Source of the DNA: Thermoplasmata archaeon
GTDB lineage: Archaea; Thermoplasmatota; Thermoplasmata; UBA10834; DTMW01
NCBI GenBank assembly: GCA_038852105.1
Contig: JAWCKK010000003.1
Location: 68,819 to 132,818, forward strand
Length of the DNA: 64,000 nucleotides
Reading direction: 5' to 3'
In this document: positions 20,322 to 30,193 of the stretch, piece by piece
Layout: each line of letters begins with the position of its first letter
How positions within the stretch are numbered: the first letter of the stretch is position 1
Made by a program: the position numbers and the translations under genes
The notes under the pieces: generated by a model
The model's database searches: none
What the model saw: only the letters and a program-made list of their open reading frames with translations
What the model was told of the DNA's origin: nothing

Positions 20322-20774
20322 TTAGCTCGATTCCTGCTCCTCCAATATGACTTCGATGTGAGATGTGAGGTCGTTCCAGGGAGTCGCTCTGCCATGCGCC
20401 CTTGGCATCCTGTTCCTGTAAATCCTTCCTCTGTGGACAGCTATCGTGTGTATCTTCATGTTCTCCGAGTCCAGACCCTTGTACTCGGCATTGTGCTGCG
20501 CGCTCTCGATGACTTTCAGGATCTCCTTTGCAGCCTTCACAGGGTATCTTCCCGGGCCGACGCCGGGCTTGTGCGCCAGGTACATCTTGTATCTCGTGTA
20601 TTTCACCGGCCTCCTCAGAGCCATGACCTCTCTGAGGAATTTCTTCGCCTCTTCGACCTTCATGCCCCTGATGTTCCTGCAAACTTCCTCGCATTTCTTC
20701 GGTGAGACCCTGATCTCTTTTCCTATGGCTTTCGACGTCTTCTCCGGGTCAGCCTCTTGTGTGTATCCGACCAT
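20322..20774 (-). CDS. rpl22: 50S ribosomal protein uL22
   Basis: Conserved L22 sequence; 150 aa. Confidence 0.9.
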   Translation of the reverse strand: MVGYTQEADPEKTSKAIGKEIRVSPKKCEEVCRNIRGMKVEEAKKFLREVMALRRPVKYTRYKMYLAHKPGVGPGRYPVKAAKEILKVIESAQHNAEYKGLDSENMKIHTIAVHRGRIYRNRMPRAHGRATPWNDLTSHIEVILEEQESS

Positions 20775-20784
20775 TCATCTCACC

Positions 20785-21246
20785 TCACTTCAGCGGCAGG
20801 AACTTCGAGGACCTCGTCGCACCCACGCCAGGCCCTGAGTGCTTCTCGAATTTCCTCGTCAACGCGAACTCGCCCAACGCGTGACCAATCATCTCTGGCC
20901 TGATATCGACCTTGACGAATTCCTTCCCGTTATGCACTTCGACGGTCTTCCCGACGAACTCGGGCAGGATGAATATCTCCCGCCTGTGCGTCCTTACGGG
21001 CTCCTTTGCGGCCCTAAGCCTGTTCACAAAGACTTCCTGCTCGGGGTTCAATCCGCGAACATAGCTTCTCCTGGCTCTTGCAGGAAGTATCCCGAGAAGG
21101 TCCTGGAACGGCATCTTGAGCAGCTCTTCCAATGTGTGCCCTCTGTAAGTGAATTCCTTCTTCCTTCTCGCCTGAATCGCGCTCTTCCTCTTCCTCGCCT
21201 TCCTTCTGCTTGCCTTCGCGCTTCCTCCGAGCTTCTGGGGGCACAT
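20785..21246 (-). CDS. rps19: 30S ribosomal protein uS19
   Basis: C-terminal S19 motif [13 protein letters not shown]; basic N-terminal extension. Confidence 0.9.
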   Translation of the reverse strand: MCPQKLGGSAKASRRKARKRKSAIQARRKKEFTYRGHTLEELLKMPFQDLLGILPARARRSYVRGLNPEQEVFVNRLRAAKEPVRTHRREIFILPEFVGKTVEVHNGKEFVKVDIRPEMIGHALGEFALTRKFEKHSGPGVGATRSSKFLPLK

Positions 21247-21951
21247 CTAGCTCACCCTCCTCTTCTTCCTCTTGGGTGCAAGCCGGCCGACCTTCCTTCC
21301 AGGCGGGGTGTGTCTGCTCACGCTGCTCTGCGTCCCGACATGCGGGTGCGAACCTCCGCCGTGCGGGTGGTCTACCGGGTTCATGGCGATGCCGCTCACA
21401 TGGAAATATGCACCGCTCTTCGACTTGTAAGCATGAAACTTCTTGCCCGCCTTTCCCCAGGGCTTCTCGATATGCCCTCCGCCCGCGACTATCCCCACGG
21501 TCGCCTGGCAATCGGGGTGGATTTCCTTGAACCTTCCAGAAGGCAGAACTACGACGGTATATTCCCCATGGCTCACTATCGTGGCCGACTGGCCAGCCGT
21601 TCTTACGAGCTTCCCTCCGTCCCCGGGCGTTATTTCGATATTATACACTAATGTGCCTTCGGGTATCTTTCCGATGGGCAGGCAGTTGCCAGCCTCTATC
21701 GGGGCGTCCGGGCCGATCCGTATCTCTCTATTGACCTTGATGCCCTCAGGGGCAAGCATGTACGCCCTCTGAGAGCCGAAATTGACGAGCGCCAGCGGGG
21801 CGATCCTGCCTCTTTCCTTGACTATGTCCTCGACGATTCCGACCCCCTGCCTGATCCTCGGATATCTCGCGTCGGTGAATCTCATATGCGAGGGTGCAAG
21901 GTAATGGCCGAAGCCCTTTCCGCGCCTCTGTGTTCTCAACCGCTTTCCCAT
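21247..21951 (-). CDS. rpl2: 50S ribosomal protein uL2
   Basis: GMNPVDHPHGGG motif. Confidence 0.95.
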   Translation of the reverse strand: MGKRLRTQRRGKGFGHYLAPSHMRFTDARYPRIRQGVGIVEDIVKERGRIAPLALVNFGSQRAYMLAPEGIKVNREIRIGPDAPIEAGNCLPIGKIPEGTLVYNIEITPGDGGKLVRTAGQSATIVSHGEYTVVVLPSGRFKEIHPDCQATVGIVAGGGHIEKPWGKAGKKFHAYKSKSGAYFHVSGIAMNPVDHPHGGGSHPHVGTQSSVSRHTPPGRKVGRLAPKRKKRRVS

Positions 21952-21966
21952 GTTCCGACACCCTCC

Positions 21967-22251
21967 TCAGAATATGCCTATCCTCATGCCTATCTCCTCG
22001 GCACTGTAGCCCTCTGCGAGCTTCACTATCGCCCTCTTGCCGTGCTTGGTGTTCTTGATGTTGACCTTCTCGACCTTCGCCGCGAACCTGCGCTCGAACT
22101 CCTTTCGCACCTGGTCCTTCGTCGCATCTCTTCGGACAACGAACTCGAGCCTGTTCCCATCGGTCAGGTTCTGCGTCGGCGTCCCCGACATCAGGTTCAT
22201 CGTTTTCTCAGTCACGTAAGGATGAAGTATTACTCTTCTCACGATGCCCAC
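21967..22251 (-). CDS. rpl23: 50S ribosomal protein uL23
   Basis: ILHPYVTEKTMNL N-terminus. Confidence 0.9.
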   Translation of the reverse strand: MGIVRRVILHPYVTEKTMNLMSGTPTQNLTDGNRLEFVVRRDATKDQVRKEFERRFAAKVEKVNIKNTKHGKRAIVKLAEGYSAEEIGMRIGIF

Positions 22252-23066
22252 CCCGCCAATCTATCGAGCGCCGCCTCGCTCATTATGGTCAATCTTCCCG
22301 CGAGTCCACCGGGAGCGAGCAGTTCGACATTAAGAGAATCGACACACGCGACATCCACGCCGGTCAGGTTTGAAAAGCTCTTGATTGCCGGGCACTTGCC
22401 TGAGCAGACGACCAGCAGGCTTTTCCTGACGCGATATTTCCTACCGCGCATCTTCCCCCTGCCAGCCCTTATGCGTTTCCCGTTCTCCGCTCTGGTCATC
22501 TCGTCGCCGAGTCCTACCTTTTCTAGGAGCGCGACGGCGTCCTTCGTCGTCTCTATCTTTTCAAGGTCATTCTCTAGAACGATGGGCACCGTTGCATCCT
22601 GAGGCAGCTTGTGGCCACGGGCAACGACTTTGTGGTAGTCAGCAATCGCCGCCAGTGCCGAGAGCCGTGCAAGTCTCATCTCCTTTCTGTTCATCTTCTT
22701 GCCGCGCTTCTCATCGACCCTCGGTGGGTGCGCCCGCCTGCCGCCTACATTGCCCGGAGACTGCGCGGCCGTAGAACTGCCCATCAGCCTCTGAACGCGG
22801 GACACGCCATGTCCCTTGCCCCACGTGGAAACAGAATGCCTCATACCCGCGCCGGGTTTGGGCGCGTACGGTTGCCTGCTGTTCGAGTTGATCGAGACGG
22901 ATGCGCGACTTATCAGGTCCGGTCTGTAATCCATCTCGAAGATCTTCGGTATATCTATCTGCTTCTTGACCGAGCCGTCGATTCCGTACACGTTCAGCTT
23001 CTTAGAAGGGGCCCTGGGAGCCTTTTTCACCTTCTTGCTGATTTTCTTTACTGGCATTCGGCTCAT
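22239..23066 (-). CDS. rpl4: 50S ribosomal protein uL4
   Basis: Start at the ATG overlapping the uL3 stop (ATGA); basic N-terminal leader, then the L4 core (NVYGIDGS...). Confidence 0.9.
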   Translation of the reverse strand: MSRMPVKKISKKVKKAPRAPSKKLNVYGIDGSVKKQIDIPKIFEMDYRPDLISRASVSINSNSRQPYAPKPGAGMRHSVSTWGKGHGVSRVQRLMGSSTAAQSPGNVGGRRAHPPRVDEKRGKKMNRKEMRLARLSALAAIADYHKVVARGHKLPQDATVPIVLENDLEKIETTKDAVALLEKVGLGDEMTRAENGKRIRAGRGKMRGRKYRVRKSLLVVCSGKCPAIKSFSNLTGVDVACVDSLNVELLAPGGLAGRLTIMSEAALDRLAGWAS

Positions 23067-24064
23067 GCCCCCTGCTTCGATTCGAGCGATATGTATGTGA
23101 TTTCCGGCGGTTTCGAGAGCTTCTCCCCCGTCAACCTGACAGGTTCTCTCAGGCGCACGGTTCTTTTCGCGATACCGGGAATTGTGCCGTGAAGGATCAC
23201 GTAGTCGTTCTTCAGCACGCCATAGTTTACGAACCCGCCCTTCGGGGTCACCTCGGCGCCGTTCTGCCCGATCTTCAGAATCCTCTTGTTGTGCTCCGTC
23301 CGCTGGTGATATCCCATCTGACCCGCCTGAGGGACTGTCCATCTCACATAGCCCGGACGCTTCGGGCCAAGCGTGCCGATCATCCTGCGGTGCTTGCTAT
23401 TCTTGTGAGGGTTCATCTTGGGACCCCATCTCTTGGTGACTCCCTGGAATCCCTTGCCCTTAGTGACGGCAACGACGTCGACCATGACGCCCTCTTTAGC
23501 GAAATCGGTTATCCTAACCTCCTTTCCAAGAATCGATTTGGCGAACTGGATTCTGTCCGCGATGCTACCCCCGCCGATGCCTATCTCCATGATCTCGGGA
23601 TTCTTTGAAGGAACGCCCGAAACCTTCACCGGTTGCGTGTGCGCTATGACGCGCACATCGTCAAAATCAGTCCCATCCAATTTCTTCTCGGTCGCCTCTC
23701 TCTCCTTCTTCTCAGGAATCGGGAGCCTCCTTGCGAGCTCCTCATCAAGCTTGTCCGCCCAAATCTCACCGGCGGTCTTCATCCCATAGGGACTCTCGCG
23801 ATAGAGCCTTATCGCGCAGACCTTCATCGGCGGCACTTCGAGCACTGTTACGGGGACCTGCACTTCCTGACCCGAGGTCGTGCTTTGAGACCTATAGTCT
23901 ATCATCATGACATGCGTCATTCCGGCCTTATAGCCCGCGAAACCGAGGAGGCGCGGAGACCCGTCTACCTGAGGCCAGCTGGAAATCCTGGCTAACGGGC
24001 TTTTTGCCCTCTTCCTGGGCGAGTATGCGATCGAACCCGCCCTTGGATGTCGTCTCTGTGCCAT
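23063..24064 (-). CDS. rpl3: 50S ribosomal protein uL3
   Basis: 333 aa; LGFAGYKAGMTHV motif; first gene of the cluster. Confidence 0.9.
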   Translation of the reverse strand: MAQRRHPRAGSIAYSPRKRAKSPLARISSWPQVDGSPRLLGFAGYKAGMTHVMMIDYRSQSTTSGQEVQVPVTVLEVPPMKVCAIRLYRESPYGMKTAGEIWADKLDEELARRLPIPEKKEREATEKKLDGTDFDDVRVIAHTQPVKVSGVPSKNPEIMEIGIGGGSIADRIQFAKSILGKEVRITDFAKEGVMVDVVAVTKGKGFQGVTKRWGPKMNPHKNSKHRRMIGTLGPKRPGYVRWTVPQAGQMGYHQRTEHNKRILKIGQNGAEVTPKGGFVNYGVLKNDYVILHGTIPGIAKRTVRLREPVRLTGEKLSKPPEITYISLESKQGA

Positions 24065-24366
24065 TCGAACACTTCTCCCTCAGAGTGCGAGATGACTAGC
24101 ACTGCTCTCGATGAGCTCCGCAAAGCCGCAGAGGTCTATCGTGCATCGACCGTGACGCGGTTTCCGCACATACAAGCTCTTACCGCGTGCGAATATTGGG
24201 ATGCCAGTCGCATTGCCCAGAGCGTCTGGTCGATCTCTCCTCTGATTTCAGATGACCACTGGTAACAGCTGGTAATATATAAAGCTATTCGAGATTGTCA
24301 AACGCATGCCAGTCGTGCGGAAAACGGGAGCATTGATATGCCAATTATTGCATATGCGGTTCCGAA

Positions 24367-24843
24367 ATGGCGAAACACGGATCCAAAAGAAAATCAATGC
24401 GCTTTGAAGAAATCGACTGGGATGACGAAGCGCGGAAGAATGTCCAAGCGTTCTGCGAGGAGGCCGGTCTGCCAGCATCGAGCACACCTTGGGGGAAAGT
24501 CGTCAAGATATTCGTGCTCAGAGGCTCAGATGGTCAGATTGAAGCGAGCGCGAGAATCGAGATGATATACGGTCGGCCGTTCGTCGAGAGCGTTGCCGTT
24601 CGGTCAGATTTGCGCGGTCGGGGACTCGGGAGGGAAATAGTCAATCATGTTCTGACAAAGGCGAAAGGGCTCGGATACGACAAAATATGGGCGATAGCAA
24701 GAGTTCCGGAATTCTATGAACGGCTCGGATTCGTGAAAGAGACGGATGAAGAACTGACGACTCGCCAGAAGAAGGATTGTCTGAGCTGCGAACAATATCT
24801 AAAGGAATGTCACCCATTGCTGATGAGGAAGGATATCATCTAA
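24367..24843 (+). CDS. GNAT family N-acetyltransferase
   Basis: Acetyl-CoA binding motif VRSDLRGRGLGREIVNHVL. Confidence 0.75.
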   Translation: MAKHGSKRKSMRFEEIDWDDEARKNVQAFCEEAGLPASSTPWGKVVKIFVLRGSDGQIEASARIEMIYGRPFVESVAVRSDLRGRGLGREIVNHVLTKAKGLGYDKIWAIARVPEFYERLGFVKETDEELTTRQKKDCLSCEQYLKECHPLLMRKDII

Positions 24844-24847
24844 ATTG

Positions 24848-25183
24848 CTAAAGCTCCCCTTCCTTAGCCTTCTTCTGCAATCTTTTCGACCGCTCCTTTG
24901 CGGTGAATCCAGTCGCGGCCTCGAGGAATGCATTGTACTTCTTGATGGTCTCGCTTGCAACCCTCTCATCGACTTTGGGGTTCATGGTCGTCTCGACGAG
25001 GAGGGTCTTCTTGTCCTTGATCTTGATGTACAATCGAGCGAGCGCCCCGAAGCTCGTCTCATACGACCCATCCTCCTTCTTATCGAACTTGCCAAAGACT
25101 TCCTTGAGTATGTTCTCGATCTTGCCACCATCAATTTCGGGGAAATGCCCCCGCCGAATCTCGTACTCCTGCAAACCGTTCAC
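24848..25183 (-). CDS. Conserved hypothetical protein
   Basis: 111-aa ORF with non-random composition, tightly spaced upstream of the radical SAM gene. No recognisable motif. Confidence 0.3.
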   Translation of the reverse strand: MNGLQEYEIRRGHFPEIDGGKIENILKEVFGKFDKKEDGSYETSFGALARLYIKIKDKKTLLVETTMNPKVDERVASETIKKYNAFLEAATGFTAKERSKRLQKKAKEGEL

Positions 25184-25203
25184 CTTCTAAGAGAGGAGTA
25201 TCC

Positions 25204-26253
25204 TCATCGCAAGAAATATCTTTCCAAATCAGTCGTCGCGACTGAGAATTCCTCGATTTCGAGATATTTCTCCCATCTGCTCCTACATTCGCACTCGAGC
25301 GTTCCAAGATTTTTTCTATCCTGAGTCAAATTAAATCCTTCGATTGCCTGGACGAAATCCCGGTCGCATTTAGAGCAGTTATGAGCACCTCGCTCGGAGC
25401 CAGCAGCGACAGTGCTCGCAATCAAGAGTGAGTCCTCAGGTTTGGAGTTGCCGAGTATCTCCACCACGCTCCATAGCCAGGGCGGCCTGTATGACCATGA
25501 TCTCCACATCTGCTCAACCCTTGTCCCTCGCTGGACGTTCACGGGGTTGATGCTTATCACTTTCGAGATGTCGGAGACCTTCGTCATAGACGACTTCACG
25601 TCCGCTATCGCTTCTATTTCTGTGAGGTAGGGTGGTTTGAGGAGCAGATACGTGCGTATATCCGCCCCTGCCTTCTTGCCTTCGGTCGCCGCGCGCAGAT
25701 AGTCGGAGAACGAGAACCCCTTTCTGATAGCATGTTCCAAGACCTTGTCATTGGCGCTCTCAAGGCCAAGCGCGAGTTCTATTTCTGGACAGAGTTCCTT
25801 GCATTCTGCGATGACTTCTGCACTCACGAACTCAGGCCTGCTCTCGAACAGCAACTTCGCGCCGCTTCTTCCGACAACATCCAAAATATGCTTCCTTGCA
25901 TCAGAGGGGACCTCGTTTTCGTCCAAGAAGCTGCCAGATGTATATATCTTAATCATTGAGTGCGCATCGAACATCCTCCAAGCGTTGTCGAACTGTCTCG
26001 CGATGCTCTCCGATGATGTCTCTTTGCGGGGCGACTTGTAATTGTAGCCGCACATGGAGCATCCGCCTGAGCTCCTCCACCACGAGCATCCCGACGTGGA
26101 CAGAATTATTGTCAGGCATCTCGCCCTCTTGCCATCCAGTAGCTCTTCCTCGGTCCATGCGGAAAACGGCTCGGTCGCTTCTTTCTTATTCACGCACATT
26201 CCAGGAGAATCAAAGAAGATATACATTATCCATCTTTCGGTCGCTGTCGCCAA
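25204..26253 (-). CDS. Radical SAM protein (TIGR01210/RaSEA-like family, possibly archaeosine-related)
   Basis: Cys cluster SGCSWWRSSGGCSMCGY near the N-terminus and TIM-barrel-like radical SAM core. The family assignment is from memory. Confidence 0.55.
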   Translation of the reverse strand: MATATERWIMYIFFDSPGMCVNKKEATEPFSAWTEEELLDGKRARCLTIILSTSGCSWWRSSGGCSMCGYNYKSPRKETSSESIARQFDNAWRMFDAHSMIKIYTSGSFLDENEVPSDARKHILDVVGRSGAKLLFESRPEFVSAEVIAECKELCPEIELALGLESANDKVLEHAIRKGFSFSDYLRAATEGKKAGADIRTYLLLKPPYLTEIEAIADVKSSMTKVSDISKVISINPVNVQRGTRVEQMWRSWSYRPPWLWSVVEILGNSKPEDSLLIASTVAAGSERGAHNCSKCDRDFVQAIEGFNLTQDRKNLGTLECECRSRWEKYLEIEEFSVATTDLERYFLR

Positions 26254-26273
26254 GCTTTTCTACTCTGTCAATT

Positions 26274-27338
26274 ATGCGTGGGACGATGGAAACCGAGGAA
26301 GCCGTACGCCTGATACTGAAGGACATCTCCGAGGTCATAACAGAGGACGAACTCAGAAAGGTCGTATCCGAGAAGCAGCATCCGTTGGGATATATCGGAT
26401 TCGAGCCGAGCGGGATGCTTCACATAGGTCAGGCCATCAACATTCTGAAGGTCGTCGAGATGACTCGGGCCGGCATGGATTTCATCATTTTCCTTGCGGA
26501 CTGGCACGCGAAGATCAACGACAAGCTCGATGGCGATCTGGAAAAGATACGCATCTGCGGCGAGTACATGAGGCATTGCTTCCTCGGATTCGGAGTCGAT
26601 CCCGAGAGGACGAGGTTCCTGTATGCCAGCGACATCGTGGACAGCTCGGATTACTGGGAGAAGTTCATCCACATCTCGAAGGCGAGCTCTCTATCGCGGA
26701 TCAGGCGTGCGATGACAATCATGGGCAGAGACGAGGACGAGGCGGAGCTTGACTTCTCGAAGCTGATATATCCGCCCATGCAGGTGGCGGACATCTTCGC
26801 ATTGGGGGTCGATGTGGCCTACGGAGGTATGGACCAAAGACATGCGCATATGCTCGCGAGGGACGTCGCTGACAAGTTGGGCTGGAAGAAGCCGATAGCA
26901 TTGCATTCCTGGCTCCTCCCCAGCCTTTCTGGAAGCGGTAGGATGGATTCCGCGCAGAAGAAGATGTCGAAGAGCGACCCGCGAACCAACATCACCGTGA
27001 ACGACTCCGTCGAGGCGATAAGCGAAAAGATTTCCTTGGCCTTCTGTCCTCCGAACGATGTCGAGGATAATCCCGTTCTGGCCATTGCAGAAAGGCTGAT
27101 TTTTCCGGCTAAAGGAAAATTCTCCCTTCTAAGGCCGGAGAAATTCGGAGGGGATGTCGAGTTTAGCCAGTATCGCGATCTCTGCGATTCTTACACCGCT
27201 GGCAAGATACATCCAAAGGACCTGAAAGAGAATGTCGCGCGGGAATTGACGGCTCTCCTTGAGCCTGTCAGAAAGCATTTCGAGAAGAACCCCGCTCCTC
27301 TGCGGAAGATGCTTGAGCTAGTGCCGGGGCGGCAGTAG
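26274..27338 (+). CDS. tyrS: Tyrosine--tRNA ligase (archaeal type)
   Basis: HIGH-like GFEPSGMLHIGQ motif and KMSKS motif. Start at the internal ATG (MRGTMETEE) within the longer ORF called by the track. Confidence 0.9.
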   Translation: MRGTMETEEAVRLILKDISEVITEDELRKVVSEKQHPLGYIGFEPSGMLHIGQAINILKVVEMTRAGMDFIIFLADWHAKINDKLDGDLEKIRICGEYMRHCFLGFGVDPERTRFLYASDIVDSSDYWEKFIHISKASSLSRIRRAMTIMGRDEDEAELDFSKLIYPPMQVADIFALGVDVAYGGMDQRHAHMLARDVADKLGWKKPIALHSWLLPSLSGSGRMDSAQKKMSKSDPRTNITVNDSVEAISEKISLAFCPPNDVEDNPVLAIAERLIFPAKGKFSLLRPEKFGGDVEFSQYRDLCDSYTAGKIHPKDLKENVARELTALLEPVRKHFEKNPAPLRKMLELVPGRQ

Positions 27339-28277
27339 AGACTTGATGGCCTTTTTGGACTTCGCCACGCAGAGATCCAGCATCTGCTTCACATCTCCCT
27401 TGCCGCTCAGGCCCGCAGCGGCCGGGTGTCCCCCGCCTCCGTTCGATGTCTCCTTGCCTATCCCCTCCAGCAGTTTTCCCAGGTGAATCCCCATCTCAAT
27501 CATCTGAGGGCTTGCTCTCGCGCTTATTCTGAACTCATCTCCTCGTTGCGACCCGACGAACGCGATATCCGCTCCCATTTGAATGAGAGATTTGCTCACG
27601 GAAGCCTCGTACGCGGAACCGAAGCTGGTCGCGATAATGAACTGTTCCACGCGCGTGTATTTCAATCTCTGCGCTCCCTTGAGCTGCGAGATTTTCTCCG
27701 ATAAATCCATTTCGCCCTCGATGAGCTCTATCGGCTCGCGCATTCCTATGTCGTGCTGAGACATGATCTCTGAGAACGTCAGCAAAGTCTCGCGGTTGCC
27801 GTACCTGAAATGGCCGGAATCGGTCAATATGCCAACCAGTAGGGCCAATGCGGCGTTCCGGGGAATCCGCTTCTCTGCCACCTTCACAAGCTCGTATGCT
27901 ATCTCGCAGCAGGAGCTCTTCTTATCGTCGCAATAATACTGTCTCGATTTCCAGTTCTGGTTCCTGCTGTGATGGTCTATCACGATGACGTTCTCGTCAT
28001 CGCCCAGATATCTCAAATCGCCGAGTTGCTCGGGCCCGGAAGTGTCCAATACGACCAATTGATCGAAATCGTCCTTTTCGAGCGTTTCCTCGAATTCGAT
28101 GCCCAGCGATTCCGCGATGACCTTGCTCATCCTGTCGATTCCGCCCGGGGCAATTATTCTCCCGGAGAACGCTTGGCATAAAGCGTAAGCGCTTGCGAGC
28201 GCGTCAGGGTCGGCGTTCCCGTGGACTATGAACGCGTTCCGTCCCTGTCCGAGCATCTTCGCCAGGTTCTGCTTCAC
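27318..28277 (-). CDS. DHH/DHHA1 family phosphoesterase (NrnA-like)
   Basis: DHH motif (VIDHH) and a DHHA1 C-terminus with GGGH (ETSNGGGGHPAAAG). Confidence 0.8.
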   Translation of the reverse strand: MKQNLAKMLGQGRNAFIVHGNADPDALASAYALCQAFSGRIIAPGGIDRMSKVIAESLGIEFEETLEKDDFDQLVVLDTSGPEQLGDLRYLGDDENVIVIDHHSRNQNWKSRQYYCDDKKSSCCEIAYELVKVAEKRIPRNAALALLVGILTDSGHFRYGNRETLLTFSEIMSQHDIGMREPIELIEGEMDLSEKISQLKGAQRLKYTRVEQFIIATSFGSAYEASVSKSLIQMGADIAFVGSQRGDEFRISARASPQMIEMGIHLGKLLEGIGKETSNGGGGHPAAAGLSGKGDVKQMLDLCVAKSKKAIKSLLPPRH

Positions 28278-28351
28278 GGAACCGAAAAACTCCTAGGGGT
28301 ATTTGCGATTTCTTATCCGAATTTGCAGAACAGCACAAATATCAGCCAATA

Positions 28352-28726
28352 TCAGCCGGCTGAAGGCTCCTCCTTCTCGGAGACACCGCCAAGTTCCTCC
28401 TGTATCTGCTTCTGTAGCGACGCGTGTCTCTCCCTCAGCTGCTTCTCCTGTCTCTCGAAACTGCTCGCGCGGACATCTATGGTCTCCTTCTGCTCCTTGA
28501 GCTCTGCCAGCAATGCGCCCTTGTCCTTCGCCTGTATGAGAAGGTTGCCGGCGCTCCTGTAGATTATCGCGTCCTCCTTGCTGTTCTCGAGCTCCTGAAT
28601 CGCCCTCTCGAGCTCCTTCGACTGCACCTCGAAAGCGTATCTCTGGGTCGCGAACGTCTGTATCCGCTGTGCCAGCTCCTGGTACTGTGCTATCATGTTC
28701 TGCAATTTCGGCGATATGTTCTCCAT
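28352..28726 (-). CDS. pfdB: Prefoldin subunit beta
   Basis: 124-aa coiled-coil protein in the canonical position at the end of the exosome superoperon. Confidence 0.75.
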   Translation of the reverse strand: MENISPKLQNMIAQYQELAQRIQTFATQRYAFEVQSKELERAIQELENSKEDAIIYRSAGNLLIQAKDKGALLAELKEQKETIDVRASSFERQEKQLRERHASLQKQIQEELGGVSEKEEPSAG

Positions 28727-28729
28727 CGT

Positions 28730-28919
28730 CTAACCACCAATCCTATCGACTATTGTGACGGCCATATCCATCCATCTGAGATACGAGTTTATCGCAGCGC
28801 GCAGGCCGTTGATGTCGCTGCTGTCTATAGCAATTGTGACCTTATCATTCTGTCGGGAGACTCGTAGACTCGATTATTGCGGCCTTGGGGTGCTCGATGG
28901 TAATCTCCGCTCTGTGCAT
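28730..28919 (-). pseudogene. pcc1: KEOPS subunit Pcc1 homolog split by a +1 frameshift (pseudogene, sequencing error, or recoding)
   Basis: Manual translation gives an N-terminal 24 aa MHRAEITIEHPKAAIIESTSLPTE ending in TGA. The +1 frame continues as ...DKVTIAIDSSDINGLRAAINSYLRWMDMAVTIVDRIGG, which carries the Pcc1-like LRAxxNSYLRW motif. The ORF track shows only a misleading 70-aa ORF. Confidence 0.5.
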
Positions 28920-28930
28920 CTTGAGACCTG

Positions 28931-29065
28931 CTATCGCGCCTTGACGAGCTTGGTTGTGTTCGGCCTCTCCTTGTAGAATATCTTCGAGCCGCACCGCTCG
29001 CACTGAAAGCTGACGCTGTTGAGGCTGGCCTTCATCGGCTCCTTGCATTTCCAGCACCTGTACAT
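28931..29065 (-). CDS. rpoP: DNA-directed RNA polymerase subunit P (Rpo12/RpoP, zinc ribbon)
   Basis: Manual translation gives MYRCWKCKEPMKASLNSVSFQCERCGSKIFYKERPNTTKLVKAR (44 aa, CxxC...CxxC). It starts 2 nt after the eL43 stop and is missed by the ORF track. Confidence 0.8.
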   Translation of the reverse strand: MYRCWKCKEPMKASLNSVSFQCERCGSKIFYKERPNTTKLVKAR

Positions 29066-29066
29066 C

Positions 29067-29453
29067 CTACTCGTCCTCCTCCTTGTCCGCTCCCGGGGCA
29101 TGCCCAGTTGCGACCTCCGCGAGTTCCTCAGGGGTCAGCTTCTGCTCCTCCAATACGATGGCGACCTCCTTTCGGATCGCCCTCGGGGGCGATAGCGTGT
29201 ACGCTGAACTCGCTATCTTCGCGCCACATTTCCGGCATACCCAGATTCCGGTCGCCTTCCGTCTGACCGATCGCGACTTGCATTCCGGACACGTGTGCCT
29301 TCTCTTGAGGTCGAGCTCGACTTCCCTGATCCTCCTTCTCACCGTGACTCCGTATCTCGGTCCGAACCTTCCCGTCGGGCCCACCTTCACTGTCTTCTTG
29401 GTCAATCTCAGTCGCCTCCTGAGAAGTGCTCGCTTCTCACCTTTTCCCCCCAC
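29067..29453 (-). CDS. rpl37ae: 50S ribosomal protein eL43 (L37ae) with an acidic C-terminal tail
   Basis: Zinc ribbon CPECKSR...CRKCG. The start is uncertain because the ORF overlaps the rrp42 3' end by 46 nt. Confidence 0.8.
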   Translation of the reverse strand: MGGKGEKRALLRRRLRLTKKTVKVGPTGRFGPRYGVTVRRRIREVELDLKRRHTCPECKSRSVRRKATGIWVCRKCGAKIASSAYTLSPPRAIRKEVAIVLEEQKLTPEELAEVATGHAPGADKEEDE

Positions 29454-30193
29454 TTGAGGGAGAGGTTTATTGCCTTTTCGACCTCCGGTCTTGTGAAGCT
29501 CCCGCCAAGACCCTTTTGCATGGCGCAGAGCTTTCCGTTCTCGAGCGTCACCACTGTCAACCTTGCACTTGCAACGCTCTCTTCATCGAAGGTCGGGTCG
29601 GCTATCAAGTGTCCGTTTATCTTTGCGAATGTTGCCGAGATTGGAAGATGAACCATCGGGAATGGGAAATCCTCTCCCTTTTCCATGCGCGATGCCGGAA
29701 TCGTCGTTGACCGAAGGGCAGCAACGGCGGCGATGTTCGCCGCGTCGAAAAGATTACCATCATAATCGAGGGCATGGATGTCGACGAAATTGATCCAAAC
29801 TTCCTCTCCGGGCTTTATGCAGAGCTTCTCCAGATCGACCGCTTTCCCCTCCCGAAGCCCTCTGTCGACCACCCTGGCTATCTCGATGGATTCCTCTCCC
29901 GGCGGCCCGGATTCGAACGTCTCGCTGGCCAGAGGTATGAGCTCCGCATTTGTCGTGAGGACTCCCTTATCGGGCGTGTCAGGGAATGGCTCTCCGATGA
30001 TGCATTTCACTCCAACGAGGACCTTCGTGTCCCCGAGGCTGACAAGAGCCGAGCCCTCTGCGCTGCTGACATATCCTGTGGTAATCGTGAGCGGTCTGAA
30101 TTCCTCTCTTGACCTGCCATCCGCCCTTTCGTCCCTGCTGACTAATCTGGAGATATGGTCTCGCATGATATCAGAAAGCGGGTTCGTCGCCAT
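29408..30193 (-). CDS. rrp42: Exosome complex component Rrp42 (RNase PH-like, inactive subunit)
   Basis: RNase PH fold; position after rrp41. Confidence 0.85.
   Translation of the reverse strand: MATNPLSDIMRDHISRLVSRDERADGRSREEFRPLTITTGYVSSAEGSALVSLGDTKVLVGVKCIIGEPFPDTPDKGVLTTNAELIPLASETFESGPPGEESIEIARVVDRGLREGKAVDLEKLCIKPGEEVWINFVDIHALDYDGNLFDAANIAAVAALRSTTIPASRMEKGEDFPFPMVHLPISATFAKINGHLIADPTFDEESVASARLTVVTLENGKLCAMQKGLGGSFTRPEVEKAINLSLKWGEKVRSEHFSGGD

Noticed and set aside
24338-24565. 75-aa plus-strand ORF overlapping the 5' end of the GNAT gene
   Set aside because: It is an alternative frame of the GNAT region rich in Arg, Lys and Ser. The GNAT frame has a clear acetyltransferase motif.
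28845-29057. 70-aa ORF called by the track between eL43 and pfdB
   Set aside because: It is an out-of-frame reading across rpoP fused to the true N-terminus of pcc1. The actual genes are rpoP (28931-29065) and the frameshifted pcc1.
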